A stretch of 52,139 nt of DNA, taken from an uncultured Clostridium sp. (GTDB lineage: Bacteria; Bacillota; Clostridia; Lachnospirales; Lachnospiraceae). Position 1 is the first letter of the stretch; every line of letters starts with the position of its first letter. The stretch lies in contig CABQJA010000001.1 in NCBI GenBank assembly GCA_902464345.1, forward strand, positions 1 through 52,139, read 5' to 3'. Positions 33,668-43,407 of the stretch are shown in pieces. Made by a program: the position numbers and the translations under genes. Below the pieces are notes generated by a model. It was not told the origin of the DNA and made no database searches. It saw only the letters and a list, made by a program, of their open reading frames with translations.

Positions 33668-34941
33668 GAACAGAAGCAGTGATTCAGGCAATTGAGAACG
33701 GAGAGTATGATGAGCGGTTCTCAGAGATTTATATGGATGCGACCCGGAGTGTACGGCAGAAAGAACGCTATATCAGAGCGGTAAAGGAGTATGTCGGACA
33801 GTTTGGGGCCGGTGAGGTAGCGATATTCAGTGCACCCGGCAGAAGTGAGATCGGAGGAAATCATACCGATCATCAGCATGGGGAGGTTCTGGCGGCATCC
33901 ATTAATCTGGATGCGATCGCAGTCACAGAAAAGACGGCGGAACCGACCGTAAGACTGGTATCTGATGGATGCGAACCGATCATAATTCCGTTGAATGATT
34001 TACAGAAGCGGAACGAAGAGGAAGGAACCACAGAAGCCCTGATCCGGGGTGTGCTGGCCGGTGTGGAAAAGAACGGCTACCGGATCGGCGGATTTCAGGC
34101 ATTTGTAACCAGTGATGTACTGATCGGAGCCGGCCTGTCATCCTCTGCGGCATTTGAGACATTGATTGGCACGATCATATCGAATCTGTATAATGAAGGA
34201 AAGATTACGGCAATGGAAATTGCGCAGATCGGACAGTATGCGGAGAATGTATATTTCGGCAAGCCATGCGGGCTGATGGATCAGATGGCATGCTCTGTCG
34301 GGAGTCTGGTACACATCCGGTTCGCGGATCCGGAGCATCCACAGGTAGAACGACTGAATCTGGATCTGGCAGTACAGGGATATAGTCTGTGTATCACGGA
34401 TACCAGAGGCTCTCACGCAGATCTGACACCGGACTATGCAGCGATTCCGGCAGAGATGAAGCAGGCAGCAGAGTGTCTCGGCAGAGAGGTACTCGGTCAG
34501 ACGACCAAAGAGGAGGTGCTTGCTCATCTGACGGAGATCCGGCAGAAGGCAGGCGACCGGGCAGCACTTCGTGCCTTGCATTATGTTTGTGAGAATGAAC
34601 GGGTGCAGCAGGAGACGGAGGCATTAAAGCAGGACCGGTTTGCGGAGTTTCTGCGGTTGGTAAAGGAGTCCGGAGATTCTTCTTATAAATATCTGCAGAA
34701 TGTATTTACCTGCCATGATGTGACACACCAGAATGTGTCGGTGGCACTGGCAGTCAGTGATATTGTGCTTGGAAGAAAGGGTGCGAGCCGGGTTCATGGC
34801 GGTGGATTCGCAGGTACGATTCAGGCGTTTGTGCCGACAGATATGGTTACCCGGTATCAGGCAGAGATGGAGCGGGTGTTTGGAACAGGAGCCTGTACGC
34901 AGCTGATGATTCGAAAGTACGGAGGCATCCGGGTAGTGTAG
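33655..34941 (+). CDS. galK: Galactokinase
   Basis: Galactokinase signature GRSEIGGNHTDHQHG and GHMP motif GAGLSSSAAF. The start is ATG 33655 or TTG 33664; TTG overlaps the lacZ TGA and has better SD spacing. Confidence 0.9.
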   Translation: MEGLRTEAVIQAIENGEYDERFSEIYMDATRSVRQKERYIRAVKEYVGQFGAGEVAIFSAPGRSEIGGNHTDHQHGEVLAASINLDAIAVTEKTAEPTVRLVSDGCEPIIIPLNDLQKRNEEEGTTEALIRGVLAGVEKNGYRIGGFQAFVTSDVLIGAGLSSSAAFETLIGTIISNLYNEGKITAMEIAQIGQYAENVYFGKPCGLMDQMACSVGSLVHIRFADPEHPQVERLNLDLAVQGYSLCITDTRGSHADLTPDYAAIPAEMKQAAECLGREVLGQTTKEEVLAHLTEIRQKAGDRAALRALHYVCENERVQQETEALKQDRFAEFLRLVKESGDSSYKYLQNVFTCHDVTHQNVSVALAVSDIVLGRKGASRVHGGGFAGTIQAFVPTDMVTRYQAEMERVFGTGACTQLMIRKYGGIRVV

Positions 34942-35027
34942 ATTTGTCTATCACGAATAGACATAGCATCGAATGGATCGGTTCGAAGGCCGGATTAGGA
35001 TTGGAACGGTATAAAGGAGGAAGGAAT

Positions 35028-36023
35028 ATGAGCAGTATTTTAGTATTAGGCGGTGCAGGATATATTGGTTCGCATACGGTATATGAGCTGATTGCGGCAG
35101 GAGAACAGGTAGTGGTTGCAGACAATTTGCAGACCGGATTCCGGGCGGCGGTTCATCCGGCGGCAAGGTTTTATCAGGGAGATATCCGGGATCGTGCATT
35201 TTTGGACTCGATATTTGAGCAGGAGGAGATCGATGGCGTGATTCATTTCGCAGCGAATTCTCAGGTGGGCGAAAGCATGATAAATCCGCTGAAATATTAT
35301 AACAACAACCTGTGCGGGACAGAGGTGCTTCTGGAAAGCATGGTGGCACACAAGATTGACAAGATCGTCTTTTCTTCGACTGCAGCCACTTATGGAGAGC
35401 CGGAACGGATTCCGATTCTGGAAACGGACCGCACTCTGCCGACGAACTGCTACGGAGAGACCAAGCTTTCCATGGAGAAAATGTTCCACTGGACGGCACA
35501 GGCACATAATCTGCGGTATGTATCCCTGCGGTATTTCAATGCCTGTGGAGCACATCCGAACGGACAGATCGGTGAAGCACATGAGCCGGAGACACATTTG
35601 ATTCCGTTAATCCTGCAGGTGCCGAATCATAAGCGGGATTATATATCCATATTTGGTACGGATTATGAGACAAAGGACGGTACCTGCGTCAGAGATTACA
35701 TCCATGTAAACGATCTGGCACAGGCACATATTCTTGCCATGAAGTATCTGCGCGACGGCAATGAAAGTGATATTTTCAATCTGGGAAACGGTGTCGGATT
35801 TACAGTGAAGGAAGTGATCGAGGCAGCGAGAACCGTGACCGGGCATCCGATTCCGGCTAAGGTGGAGCCGAGACGTGCCGGAGATCCTTCGACCCTGATC
35901 GCTTCTAGCGAGAAGGCGAAAAAGATTCTTGGCTGGAAGCCGCAGTATGACGATCTGGAGACGATCATTTCAACGGCATGGAACTGGCACAGCAATCATC
36001 CGAACGGATATCAGACCATGTAA
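35028..36023 (+). CDS. galE: UDP-glucose 4-epimerase
   Basis: N-terminus MSSILVLGGAGYIGSH, active-site YGETK, and AAAGGAGGAAGG SD. The N-terminal extension in the track is spurious. Confidence 0.9.
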   Translation: MSSILVLGGAGYIGSHTVYELIAAGEQVVVADNLQTGFRAAVHPAARFYQGDIRDRAFLDSIFEQEEIDGVIHFAANSQVGESMINPLKYYNNNLCGTEVLLESMVAHKIDKIVFSSTAATYGEPERIPILETDRTLPTNCYGETKLSMEKMFHWTAQAHNLRYVSLRYFNACGAHPNGQIGEAHEPETHLIPLILQVPNHKRDYISIFGTDYETKDGTCVRDYIHVNDLAQAHILAMKYLRDGNESDIFNLGNGVGFTVKEVIEAARTVTGHPIPAKVEPRRAGDPSTLIASSEKAKKILGWKPQYDDLETIISTAWNWHSNHPNGYQTM

Positions 36024-36036
36024 GGGAGGGATCAGA

Positions 36037-37527
36037 ATGATAAATGTATGGATCAGTGAACTGGTAGCTTATGGCCTGAAAAGCGGGCTGGTGGCACCGG
36101 AGGATAAAATATATGTGACGAATTCCATTCTGGAATTACTGGAAATCAATGATTATTCGGAGCCGGAACAACCGGCAGCACCGAGAGCTCTGCATGAGAT
36201 TCTTGAGGATCTGACCGGCTATGCGAGAGAGCGGGGAATCCTTGAGGATGACACGATCACGGTCAAAGATTTATTCGACACAAAGCTGATGGGAAGACTG
36301 ACACCGCCACCATCCGTTGTGAGAGGCCGGTTTACGGAGGCCTATGCGGTATCACCGAAAGCGGCAACCGATTACTACTATCGGTTCAGTCAGGCAACGA
36401 ACTATATCCGGACGGACCGGATTGCAAAGGATGAGAGCTGGGTGACGGATACGGAGTTCGGTCCTATGGATATTACGATCAATCTTTCCAAGCCGGAAAA
36501 AGATCCGCGGGATATTGCAAAAGCCGGTGTGGCAAAGAAATCCGGATACCCGAGTTGTCTGTTATGCAAGGAGAACGAGGGTTATGCAGGACATATTACA
36601 CACCCGGCAAGACAGAATCACAGAATTATTCCGGTTACCTTACAGGGTGAGAGCTATTACCTGCAGTATTCGCCATATGTTTATTACAATGAGCATTGCA
36701 TTATTTTCAATGACAGGCATATTCCGATGATCATTGATAAGGGAACTTTCGGAAAATTACTGGACTTTGTTCGTCAGTTTCCGCACTACACGGCCGGTTC
36801 CAATGCAGATCTTCCGATCGTCGGTGGGTCGATCTTAAGTCATGATCATTTCCAGGGTGGCGGATATACATTTGCAATGGCAAGGGCACCGTATGAGAAA
36901 GAGTTCTGCCTGAAGGATTATCCGGATGTGAAAGCAGGGACGGTGAAATGGCCGATGTCGGTCATCCGGCTGCAGGGCAGCAATGCAGATACCGTCACGG
37001 ATGTGGCTGCTCATATTCTGGAGGTGTGGCGTGGCTACACGGATGCCGATGCATATATTTTCAGTGAGACAGATGGCATTCCGCATAATACGATCACACC
37101 GATCGCACGGATGCGGGGAGAGCTCTATGAGCTGGATCTGGTGCTTCGCAATAATATCACGACAGAGGAATGTCCGATGGGACTGTATCATCCGCATGCA
37201 CAGTATCATCATATCAAGAAAGAGAACATCGGTCTGATCGAAGTGATGGGACTGGCGGTCCTTCCGGCCAGACTGCACAGGGAGCTTCAGCTGCTGGAGA
37301 ATGCGATCCTGCAGGATAAGCCGATTCGGGAAAATCCGGAGATCGAGAAGCATGCTGACTGGGTAGATGAATGGAGAGGCAAGTATAATATTACGGAAGA
37401 GAATATCCATTCTATTCTACAGGACGAGGTAGGAAAGGTGTTTGTAAAGGTTCTGGAATGTGCGGGAGTATATAAGCGAACCGAGAAAGGTGATCAGGCA
37501 TTTGAACGATTCCTTGCATGCCTGTAG
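36037..37527 (+). CDS. galT: UDP-glucose--hexose-1-phosphate uridylyltransferase (type 2 GalT)
   Basis: About 496 aa, the Gram-positive-type GalT. It completes the Leloir cluster. GGGAGGG SD upstream of ATG 36037. Confidence 0.85.
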   Translation: MINVWISELVAYGLKSGLVAPEDKIYVTNSILELLEINDYSEPEQPAAPRALHEILEDLTGYARERGILEDDTITVKDLFDTKLMGRLTPPPSVVRGRFTEAYAVSPKAATDYYYRFSQATNYIRTDRIAKDESWVTDTEFGPMDITINLSKPEKDPRDIAKAGVAKKSGYPSCLLCKENEGYAGHITHPARQNHRIIPVTLQGESYYLQYSPYVYYNEHCIIFNDRHIPMIIDKGTFGKLLDFVRQFPHYTAGSNADLPIVGGSILSHDHFQGGGYTFAMARAPYEKEFCLKDYPDVKAGTVKWPMSVIRLQGSNADTVTDVAAHILEVWRGYTDADAYIFSETDGIPHNTITPIARMRGELYELDLVLRNNITTEECPMGLYHPHAQYHHIKKENIGLIEVMGLAVLPARLHRELQLLENAILQDKPIRENPEIEKHADWVDEWRGKYNITEENIHSILQDEVGKVFVKVLECAGVYKRTEKGDQAFERFLACL

Positions 37528-37551
37528 GATGAAGTGATATATGACAAACAA

Positions 37552-37604
37552 AAACTCCGGAGTGGAATGCCTCATAGAGGAATCCACATCCGGAGTTTCT
37601 TTGT
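37552..37604. terminator. Bidirectional intrinsic terminator between convergent galT and a hypothetical gene
   Basis: AAACTCCGGAGTGGA...TCCACATCCGGAGTTT long stem, flanked by an A-run on one side and TTTCTTTGTT on the other. Confidence 0.8.
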
Positions 37605-38212
37605 TATTCTGTCTCGGTGCCTTTGGCCCATTCATCCAGCTTCTTCATAGTAGCATCATAGGTCTTCTGAGAAATCTCAGGAAGCTCTCCGCCCCACAGC
37701 TTCTTAGCCTCATCAAAACCTTTCTTGATCGCACTTCTCATGGACTCGATCTTGCTGCTGTCACCACCGGTTAAAGCTTTCGCAAAATCAACTAATCGAT
37801 CAGAGGTCTGGTTCACACCCCAGTATCCGTCATCTGCAATATCTGCCTGCGCCTGTGCAGCTGTTTCGGCATCAACGGTAAAGTTGCCGGTACGGATCGC
37901 ATTCCAGAATGAAGAATCGTTTAAGAGATCCTCATTGGAAGAATTGGCCCAGGCAAAGGTCTGTCCCTGCTTGGTAATGACCTTTTCAACCAGGCTCTTT
38001 AAGGAATTCAGTCTGGCCTCCTGATCCGCCTTTAACTGAGCAACAATCGCAGAGCGGTCAGTAGACTTTGTCTTGTCGGAGCCGGTTTCTGTGCTCTTTT
38101 CATAAACTGCAGCGGTATCATCCGTCTTAGTTGCAGCGGTGTTGGCAGCTGCAGCAGCTGTCTTGTCAGTAGCAGCCGGTGTATAAGTAGTATTGGATAC
38201 ACCTTGTATCAT
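37604..38212 (-). CDS. Hypothetical protein with an Ala/Thr-rich N-terminus and a helical C-terminal domain
   Basis: AAGGAGGG SD 8 nt upstream of ATG at 38212. There is no TM segment and no signal peptide. I do not recognise the family. Confidence 0.6.
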   Translation of the reverse strand: MIQGVSNTTYTPAATDKTAAAAANTAATKTDDTAAVYEKSTETGSDKTKSTDRSAIVAQLKADQEARLNSLKSLVEKVITKQGQTFAWANSSNEDLLNDSSFWNAIRTGNFTVDAETAAQAQADIADDGYWGVNQTSDRLVDFAKALTGGDSSKIESMRSAIKKGFDEAKKLWGGELPEISQKTYDATMKKLDEWAKGTETE

Positions 38213-38444
38213 AATTATCACCCTCCTTGGTTTGTCCTAACTGCGTCATACAGTCGTTATGGCATCCTGCCGGTTTTATTTTACTTATTTATCGGCAGAA
38301 ATGGAAGAAATATTTATAAAAACTTCATTAAAAAACTTGTTAATTCGTGCAAATTTAATTACATATGCTATACTCTTGAACAGAAGAAGGCACAATAAGA
38401 TATAAAAGATTGTGGAGATTGCAGAAAGAAGGGAGGAGGACGGC

Positions 38445-39923
38445 TTGAAAATCGCAGATAAAATTAAAATGCTTGTGATTCCGCTGGTACTGATCCCGTT
38501 TGTGATCATATTGTTTGGCTGTTTTGTATTCGGACGGATATATCTGAAAACGACATATGGAATCGGTGGAAATATGCTGATTGAGTCTTATTCCAATTCG
38601 CCGGTTACGGTCAACCGGGTTACAGAAGCCTTGATCGAGGATGTATATAAGAATCCGAATCAGCTTTTAAATAAAGAATATCTGGACGATTTGAACAGTA
38701 AGCTGGAGGATGATAATTCTTTTCTGCTGGTAAGGATCGGAGATGAGATCAGCTATCAGGGAGTCGACGACATCTCCGGAATCAAGGACCTGCTTCCGAA
38801 ATACGGTGACAACAATCAGATTGAAGGTGGTCTGTTTGTAGAGGCGGACAAACCGATGTATCTCAGACAGAAGGATGTGACACTGAGTGACGGACAGACA
38901 GGTACCCTGTTTGTTATCACATATCTGGATAGTCTGGAGACCGGTATGCGTAAGATCATGATTCAGCTGATGATTATGGTCACGGCGGTACTGCTTCTGG
39001 TTAACGGATTCATTTCCCTATATATATACTGGATATTCTTAAGGCCGCTCCGGCTGCTGCAGGAAGGAACCGAGCGGATCAAGGAGGGCAATCTGGAAGA
39101 GGATGTAGAGATCCTCTCAGATGATGAGATCGGAGAGGTATGTCAGTCCTTTAATGAGATGCGGCTGAAGTTAAAGGAATCTGTGGATGACCGGATGCAT
39201 TATGAGAAGGAGAACCGGGAGCTGATCAGTAATATTTCTCATGACCTGAAGACTCCGATCACAGCCATCAAGGGCTATGTTGAGGGAATCATGGACGGTG
39301 TGGCAGATACACCCGAGAAGATGTCGCGCTATATACGAACGATCTATAATAAAGCAAATGAAATGGATGCTCTGATCAATGAGCTGTCGTTGTATACGAA
39401 GATTGATAATAATGCGATTCCGTATAATTTCGTAAAGATTAAGGTATCATCTTATTTTGACGACTGTATCGAAGATGTATCGGTAGATATGGAGGCGGCG
39501 GGAGTGACCTTTGAGTATGAGAATTCCTGTGCGGCAGATACCTGTGTAGTTGCCGATCCGGAGCAGATCCGGCGGGTGATCGGTAATATCGTAACCAATG
39601 CGGTAAAATATAATTCCAAAGAGGAACGGAGCATTCGGATTGAAGTAAAACCATATGAGGATCAGTACATTTATATCGGGATCCGGGATAACGGCAATGG
39701 TATCTCGAAAGAAGACTTGCCGCTGATCTTCAAGCGGATGTATCGGACAGATGCTTCCCGCAATTCATCGACCGGAGGAAGCGGTCTGGGACTGGCGATC
39801 GCAAAGCGGATCATTGAAGAGCATGGTGGTAAAATCTGGGCAGAAAGTGAAGAAGGAAAAGGAACGCTGATTGCATTTACACTGAAGAAATATGAAGAAT
39901 CAGAAGATAAGGAGGAACTATGA
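38445..39923 (+). CDS. Sensor histidine kinase (two TM, extracytoplasmic domain, HAMP, HisKA, HATPase_c)
   Basis: TTG 38445 lies 5 nt after GGGAGGAGG. H-box SHDLKTPIT, N-box NAVKYN, G-boxes DNGNGI and GGSGLGLAI. Confidence 0.85.
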   Translation: MKIADKIKMLVIPLVLIPFVIILFGCFVFGRIYLKTTYGIGGNMLIESYSNSPVTVNRVTEALIEDVYKNPNQLLNKEYLDDLNSKLEDDNSFLLVRIGDEISYQGVDDISGIKDLLPKYGDNNQIEGGLFVEADKPMYLRQKDVTLSDGQTGTLFVITYLDSLETGMRKIMIQLMIMVTAVLLLVNGFISLYIYWIFLRPLRLLQEGTERIKEGNLEEDVEILSDDEIGEVCQSFNEMRLKLKESVDDRMHYEKENRELISNISHDLKTPITAIKGYVEGIMDGVADTPEKMSRYIRTIYNKANEMDALINELSLYTKIDNNAIPYNFVKIKVSSYFDDCIEDVSVDMEAAGVTFEYENSCAADTCVVADPEQIRRVIGNIVTNAVKYNSKEERSIRIEVKPYEDQYIYIGIRDNGNGISKEDLPLIFKRMYRTDASRNSSTGGSGLGLAIAKRIIEEHGGKIWAESEEGKGTLIAFTLKKYEESEDKEEL

Positions 39924-40612
39924 GTAAGGTATTGATTATTGAAGATGAACAGTCGATCGCAGCATTGGAGAAGGATTATCTGGAGCTGTATGATTTTGAG
40001 GTATCGATTGAGAATGACGGACAGAAAGGTCTGGATCGGGCATTGCTGGAGAATTATGATATAGTGATCGTAGATCTGATGCTCCCGACCGTAGACGGAT
40101 TCGAGATCTGTAAGAGGATCCGGGAGGTTAAGGATATTCCGATTCTGGTCGTATCTGCGAAGAAGGAGGATATCGATAAGATCCGGGGACTGGAGCTTGG
40201 TGCAGACGATTATATCACAAAGCCATTCAGCCCAAGTGAGCTGGTAGCGCGTGTAAAGGCACATCTGTCACGGTACGAGCGACTGAGAGGCAACGGTGGC
40301 GTACAGGAAAATGAGTTCATTGAGATCCGGGGAATCAAGATCGATAAAACTGCCAGACGGGTATTCGTCAATGGCGAGGAAAAGATTCTGACAACGAAGG
40401 AGTTCGATCTCCTGACCTTCCTTGCAAGCAATCCGAATCATGTATTTACCAAGGAGGAGCTGTTCAAGGAAATCTGGAACATGGACTCCATCGGAGATAT
40501 TGCAACGGTTACGGTGCATATTAAGAAGATCCGCGAGAAGATAGAGTTAAATACAGCCAAGCCGCAGTATATCGAGACAATCTGGGGCGTTGGCTACAGA
40601 TTTAAGGTATAA
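39920..40612 (+). CDS. OmpR/PhoB-family response regulator
   Basis: ATGA overlap with the kinase stop. Receiver domain (IVDLMLP, KP) plus a winged-helix C-terminus ending ...IETIWGVGYRFK. Confidence 0.9.
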   Translation: MSKVLIIEDEQSIAALEKDYLELYDFEVSIENDGQKGLDRALLENYDIVIVDLMLPTVDGFEICKRIREVKDIPILVVSAKKEDIDKIRGLELGADDYITKPFSPSELVARVKAHLSRYERLRGNGGVQENEFIEIRGIKIDKTARRVFVNGEEKILTTKEFDLLTFLASNPNHVFTKEELFKEIWNMDSIGDIATVTVHIKKIREKIELNTAKPQYIETIWGVGYRFKV

Positions 40613-40614
40613 AG

Positions 40615-41391
40615 ATGACAAATTATAAGCTTACACTTGCATATGATGGCAGCCGCTATGACGGCTGGCAGAAACAGGGAAACACAGACCGGACGATCCA
40701 GGGGCGACTGGAGACATTGGTGAGCCGGCTGGCAGGAGAGCCGACGGAGGTTCACGGAGCCGGGCGGACAGATGCCGGTGTCCATGCCAGAGGGCAGGTC
40801 TGCAACTTCCATCTGCGAAAGGACTGGCAGGAGGAAGATCTGCGGGATACTATCAATGAATACCTCCCTGCAGATATTGCCGTGCTGAAGGTGGAGAAGG
40901 TGCCGGAACGGTTTCACGCCAGACTTTGGGCAGCCGGGAAGACTTATTGTTACCGTATCCGCACCGGTAGAGTTAAGGATGTGTTTGAGCGGAATTACGT
41001 ATATCAGTATGGGAAACCGCTGGATATACAGGCAATGCGGAAGGCAGCAGAGTATTTTACCGGTGAGCATGATTTTAAGAGCTTCTGTTCCAATAAGCAT
41101 ATGAAAAAGTCTACGGTGCGTAGACTATATGGCATTGAAATAGAATCGGATACGGATGAAGTCCGGATCTATTTTCATGGGGAAGGCTTTCTTTACAATA
41201 TGGTGCGGATCCTGACCGGAACCCTGCTGGAGGTAGGGGCCGGAACACGCAGACCGGATAGTATGCCAGAGATTTTGGCGGCCAGAGACCGGCAGGCGGC
41301 AGGGGTGACAGCACCGCCACAGGGACTGACATTATGCAGCGTGTATTATGAGAAGGAAGAGATTCCGGGTTATAGGACCGGAACTGAATGA
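40615..41391 (+). CDS. truA: tRNA pseudouridine(38-40) synthase
   Basis: N-terminus YKLTLAYDGSRYDGWQKQ, catalytic GAGRTDAGVHA, and NMVRILTGTLLEVG. Confidence 0.9.
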   Translation: MTNYKLTLAYDGSRYDGWQKQGNTDRTIQGRLETLVSRLAGEPTEVHGAGRTDAGVHARGQVCNFHLRKDWQEEDLRDTINEYLPADIAVLKVEKVPERFHARLWAAGKTYCYRIRTGRVKDVFERNYVYQYGKPLDIQAMRKAAEYFTGEHDFKSFCSNKHMKKSTVRRLYGIEIESDTDEVRIYFHGEGFLYNMVRILTGTLLEVGAGTRRPDSMPEILAARDRQAAGVTAPPQGLTLCSVYYEKEEIPGYRTGTE

Positions 41392-41413
41392 TAGAAGCAG
41401 GAGACAGGAGATT

Positions 41414-42118
41414 ATGAAGAAGATACCAGTAATATATGAAGATAATGAGTTGATCGTCTGCGTGAAGCCGCAGGGAGTTTCCAGTCAGGCAGATAAGAGC
41501 AATGATGAGGATGTGTTGGATTATTTTAAGAGCTATCTGTATGACCGGGATGAGCTGGACGAGGAGCCGTATCTGGCCATCATTCACCGGCTGGACCGGC
41601 CGGTTGGCGGCCTGATGGTGCTGGCGAAGACGAAGCAGGCAGCCGCTGATTTAAGTGATCAGGTGCAGGATGGCACGATGATCAAATATTATCAGGCAAT
41701 TCTGACCGGAGAGCTGCCGGAGGAGTGTGGATGTCTGGAGGACTATCTGGTGAAGGATGGGAAAACCAATCTGTCCAAGGTAGTGCCGAAGGGTACCAAG
41801 GGTGCGAAAAAGGCGGTTCTGAATTATGAAGTATTAGATGTATTTGAAACGGATGAGGGTGTGATCTCTTATGTGCTGATCGAGTTGCTGACTGGCAGAC
41901 ATCATCAGATCCGGGTTCAGATGGCGAATCAGGGAGCCGGAATCTGGGGCGATACGAAATACAATCCGAAGTTCCAGAAGGTGAAGCGCAGATACCAGCA
42001 GATCGGACTTTATGCGACCCGTCTGGAGTTTGAGCATCCGGTAACCGGTGAGCATCTGGTGTTTAAGAATGAACCGGAGGGAGAAGCCTTCGATATTATT
42101 GAAATGGAAGATTTTTAA
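41414..42118 (+). CDS. RluA-family pseudouridine synthase
   Basis: N-terminus MKKIPVIYEDNELIVCVKPQG, catalytic HRLDRPVGGLMVLAK, and TGRHHQIRVQ. Confidence 0.85.
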   Translation: MKKIPVIYEDNELIVCVKPQGVSSQADKSNDEDVLDYFKSYLYDRDELDEEPYLAIIHRLDRPVGGLMVLAKTKQAAADLSDQVQDGTMIKYYQAILTGELPEECGCLEDYLVKDGKTNLSKVVPKGTKGAKKAVLNYEVLDVFETDEGVISYVLIELLTGRHHQIRVQMANQGAGIWGDTKYNPKFQKVKRRYQQIGLYATRLEFEHPVTGEHLVFKNEPEGEAFDIIEMEDF

Positions 42119-42189
42119 ATAGCATTTTAGAATAGAGTCTTTCCCGGTAACTCATACTAATCTACAGGACGGTAGAAGGTGGGTTATGC

Positions 42190-43266
42190 ATGAAGGATTT
42201 TTTCAATGAGGTAAAAGAAAATAAAGAACTGAAAAAAGGAATCCTCCTTGCAGGAATCGGACTGGGAATCTTTCTGGGTTTCCGGTATCTGCTTCCGCTG
42301 GTGATTCCTTTTTTGATTGCATTTATTCTGGCGGGAGTTCTGCGCCCGGTCGTAGATGGACTGATCCGGCTGATTCATTGCTCGGAAATGATCGCGTCCG
42401 TTCTGGTGTTGGTACTGGTGGCGGGAGCCGGATGGCTGGTATCACGTTGCGTGTTTAATGGCATCTGGCGACAGATGGAGAATCTGGTTACCTATCTGCC
42501 GTTTTATCGGGAGCAGTTTCTGGCAGGCTTAAATGTCTGCTGTAATTATATTGACACCGGCTTTCATTTAAAATCCGGAGCGTCCCTGCTGTATGCCACA
42601 GAGACTCTTGCAGGGATATTTTCGGACTTTCAGACGACATTGCTGCCCAGGGTGACGAATGGCACGGTGAATATCTTAAAACAGGCAGGCTCGGCTATCC
42701 TGCTTCTGTTTATTATGGTGTATTCCATGCTGTGCATGTTAAAAAATTATCCGCGTCTGCTGAAAGGGGGAGCCGTTGGCAGGTGGCTGCAGAAAATATG
42801 GGGAAGGACTGCAAGGCTTCTGCTGCTGTATATCAAGGCGGAAGGAAGTATTGCTTTGATCCAGGCAGGTATCTGCAGCCTCGGTCTTTGGATCCTGGGG
42901 AATCCATATTTTCTGTTGCTGGGGGGCTTTATAGCAATCGTAGACGCACTTCCGGTACTGGGGAGCGGAACCGTACTGATTCCGTGGGGCATCCTGCGGC
43001 TGTTGGCCGGGGATGTAAAGATGGGGGTCGGGGTGCTTCTGCTTTATCTGTTGTGTACGGTGAACCGTCAGCTGCTGGAACCGCGTCTGATTGGACGCCA
43101 TCTGGGCATGAGCACACTACTTACATTATTTCTGATGTATGTCGGTTTTAAGCTGTTCGGAATTCTGGGGTTTCTGCTGGGACCGGTCGGATTTATCCTC
43201 GGGCGGGAAATCTATCTGACACTGGTGGAGAGTATCACAGAGCACCACGGTGAAGAACCGGGATGA
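42190..43266 (+). CDS. AI-2E family transporter / YtvI-like integral membrane protein
   Basis: A polytopic protein of about 8 TM, with the characteristic IVDALPVLGSGTVLIPWG segment. Confidence 0.65.
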   Translation: MKDFFNEVKENKELKKGILLAGIGLGIFLGFRYLLPLVIPFLIAFILAGVLRPVVDGLIRLIHCSEMIASVLVLVLVAGAGWLVSRCVFNGIWRQMENLVTYLPFYREQFLAGLNVCCNYIDTGFHLKSGASLLYATETLAGIFSDFQTTLLPRVTNGTVNILKQAGSAILLLFIMVYSMLCMLKNYPRLLKGGAVGRWLQKIWGRTARLLLLYIKAEGSIALIQAGICSLGLWILGNPYFLLLGGFIAIVDALPVLGSGTVLIPWGILRLLAGDVKMGVGVLLLYLLCTVNRQLLEPRLIGRHLGMSTLLTLFLMYVGFKLFGILGFLLGPVGFILGREIYLTLVESITEHHGEEPG

Positions 43267-43307
43267 AGACAATAGCAAGATAATAAGAAGAATAGATAGA
43301 GGTGGAC

Positions 43308-43337
43308 TTGACGAATAGAAAATGATAGGTATATAAT
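43308..43337 (+). promoter_or_regulatory. Sigma-A-type promoter candidate for the ABC transporter operon
   Basis: TTGACG (43308-13), 18-nt spacer, TATAAT (43332-37), about 70 nt upstream of ATG 43408. Confidence 0.6.
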
Positions 43338-43407
43338 AAGAATCCGAGTTAGTATATTCTAATAAAAGTTAAATGACACTTACAAAAGAAGGGAAAGGGG
43401 ATGTCAT

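Noticed and set aside
35046-35597. 183-184-aa antisense ORFs inside galE, and similar ones inside dnaX (12294-12794), the FtsX permease (45283-45888), the TadZ-like gene (557-1108) and the 840-aa gene/YlmH junction (17359-17859)
   Set aside because: All are opposite-strand shadows of genes with clear motifs. They have low-complexity or odd amino-acid composition and no translation signals.
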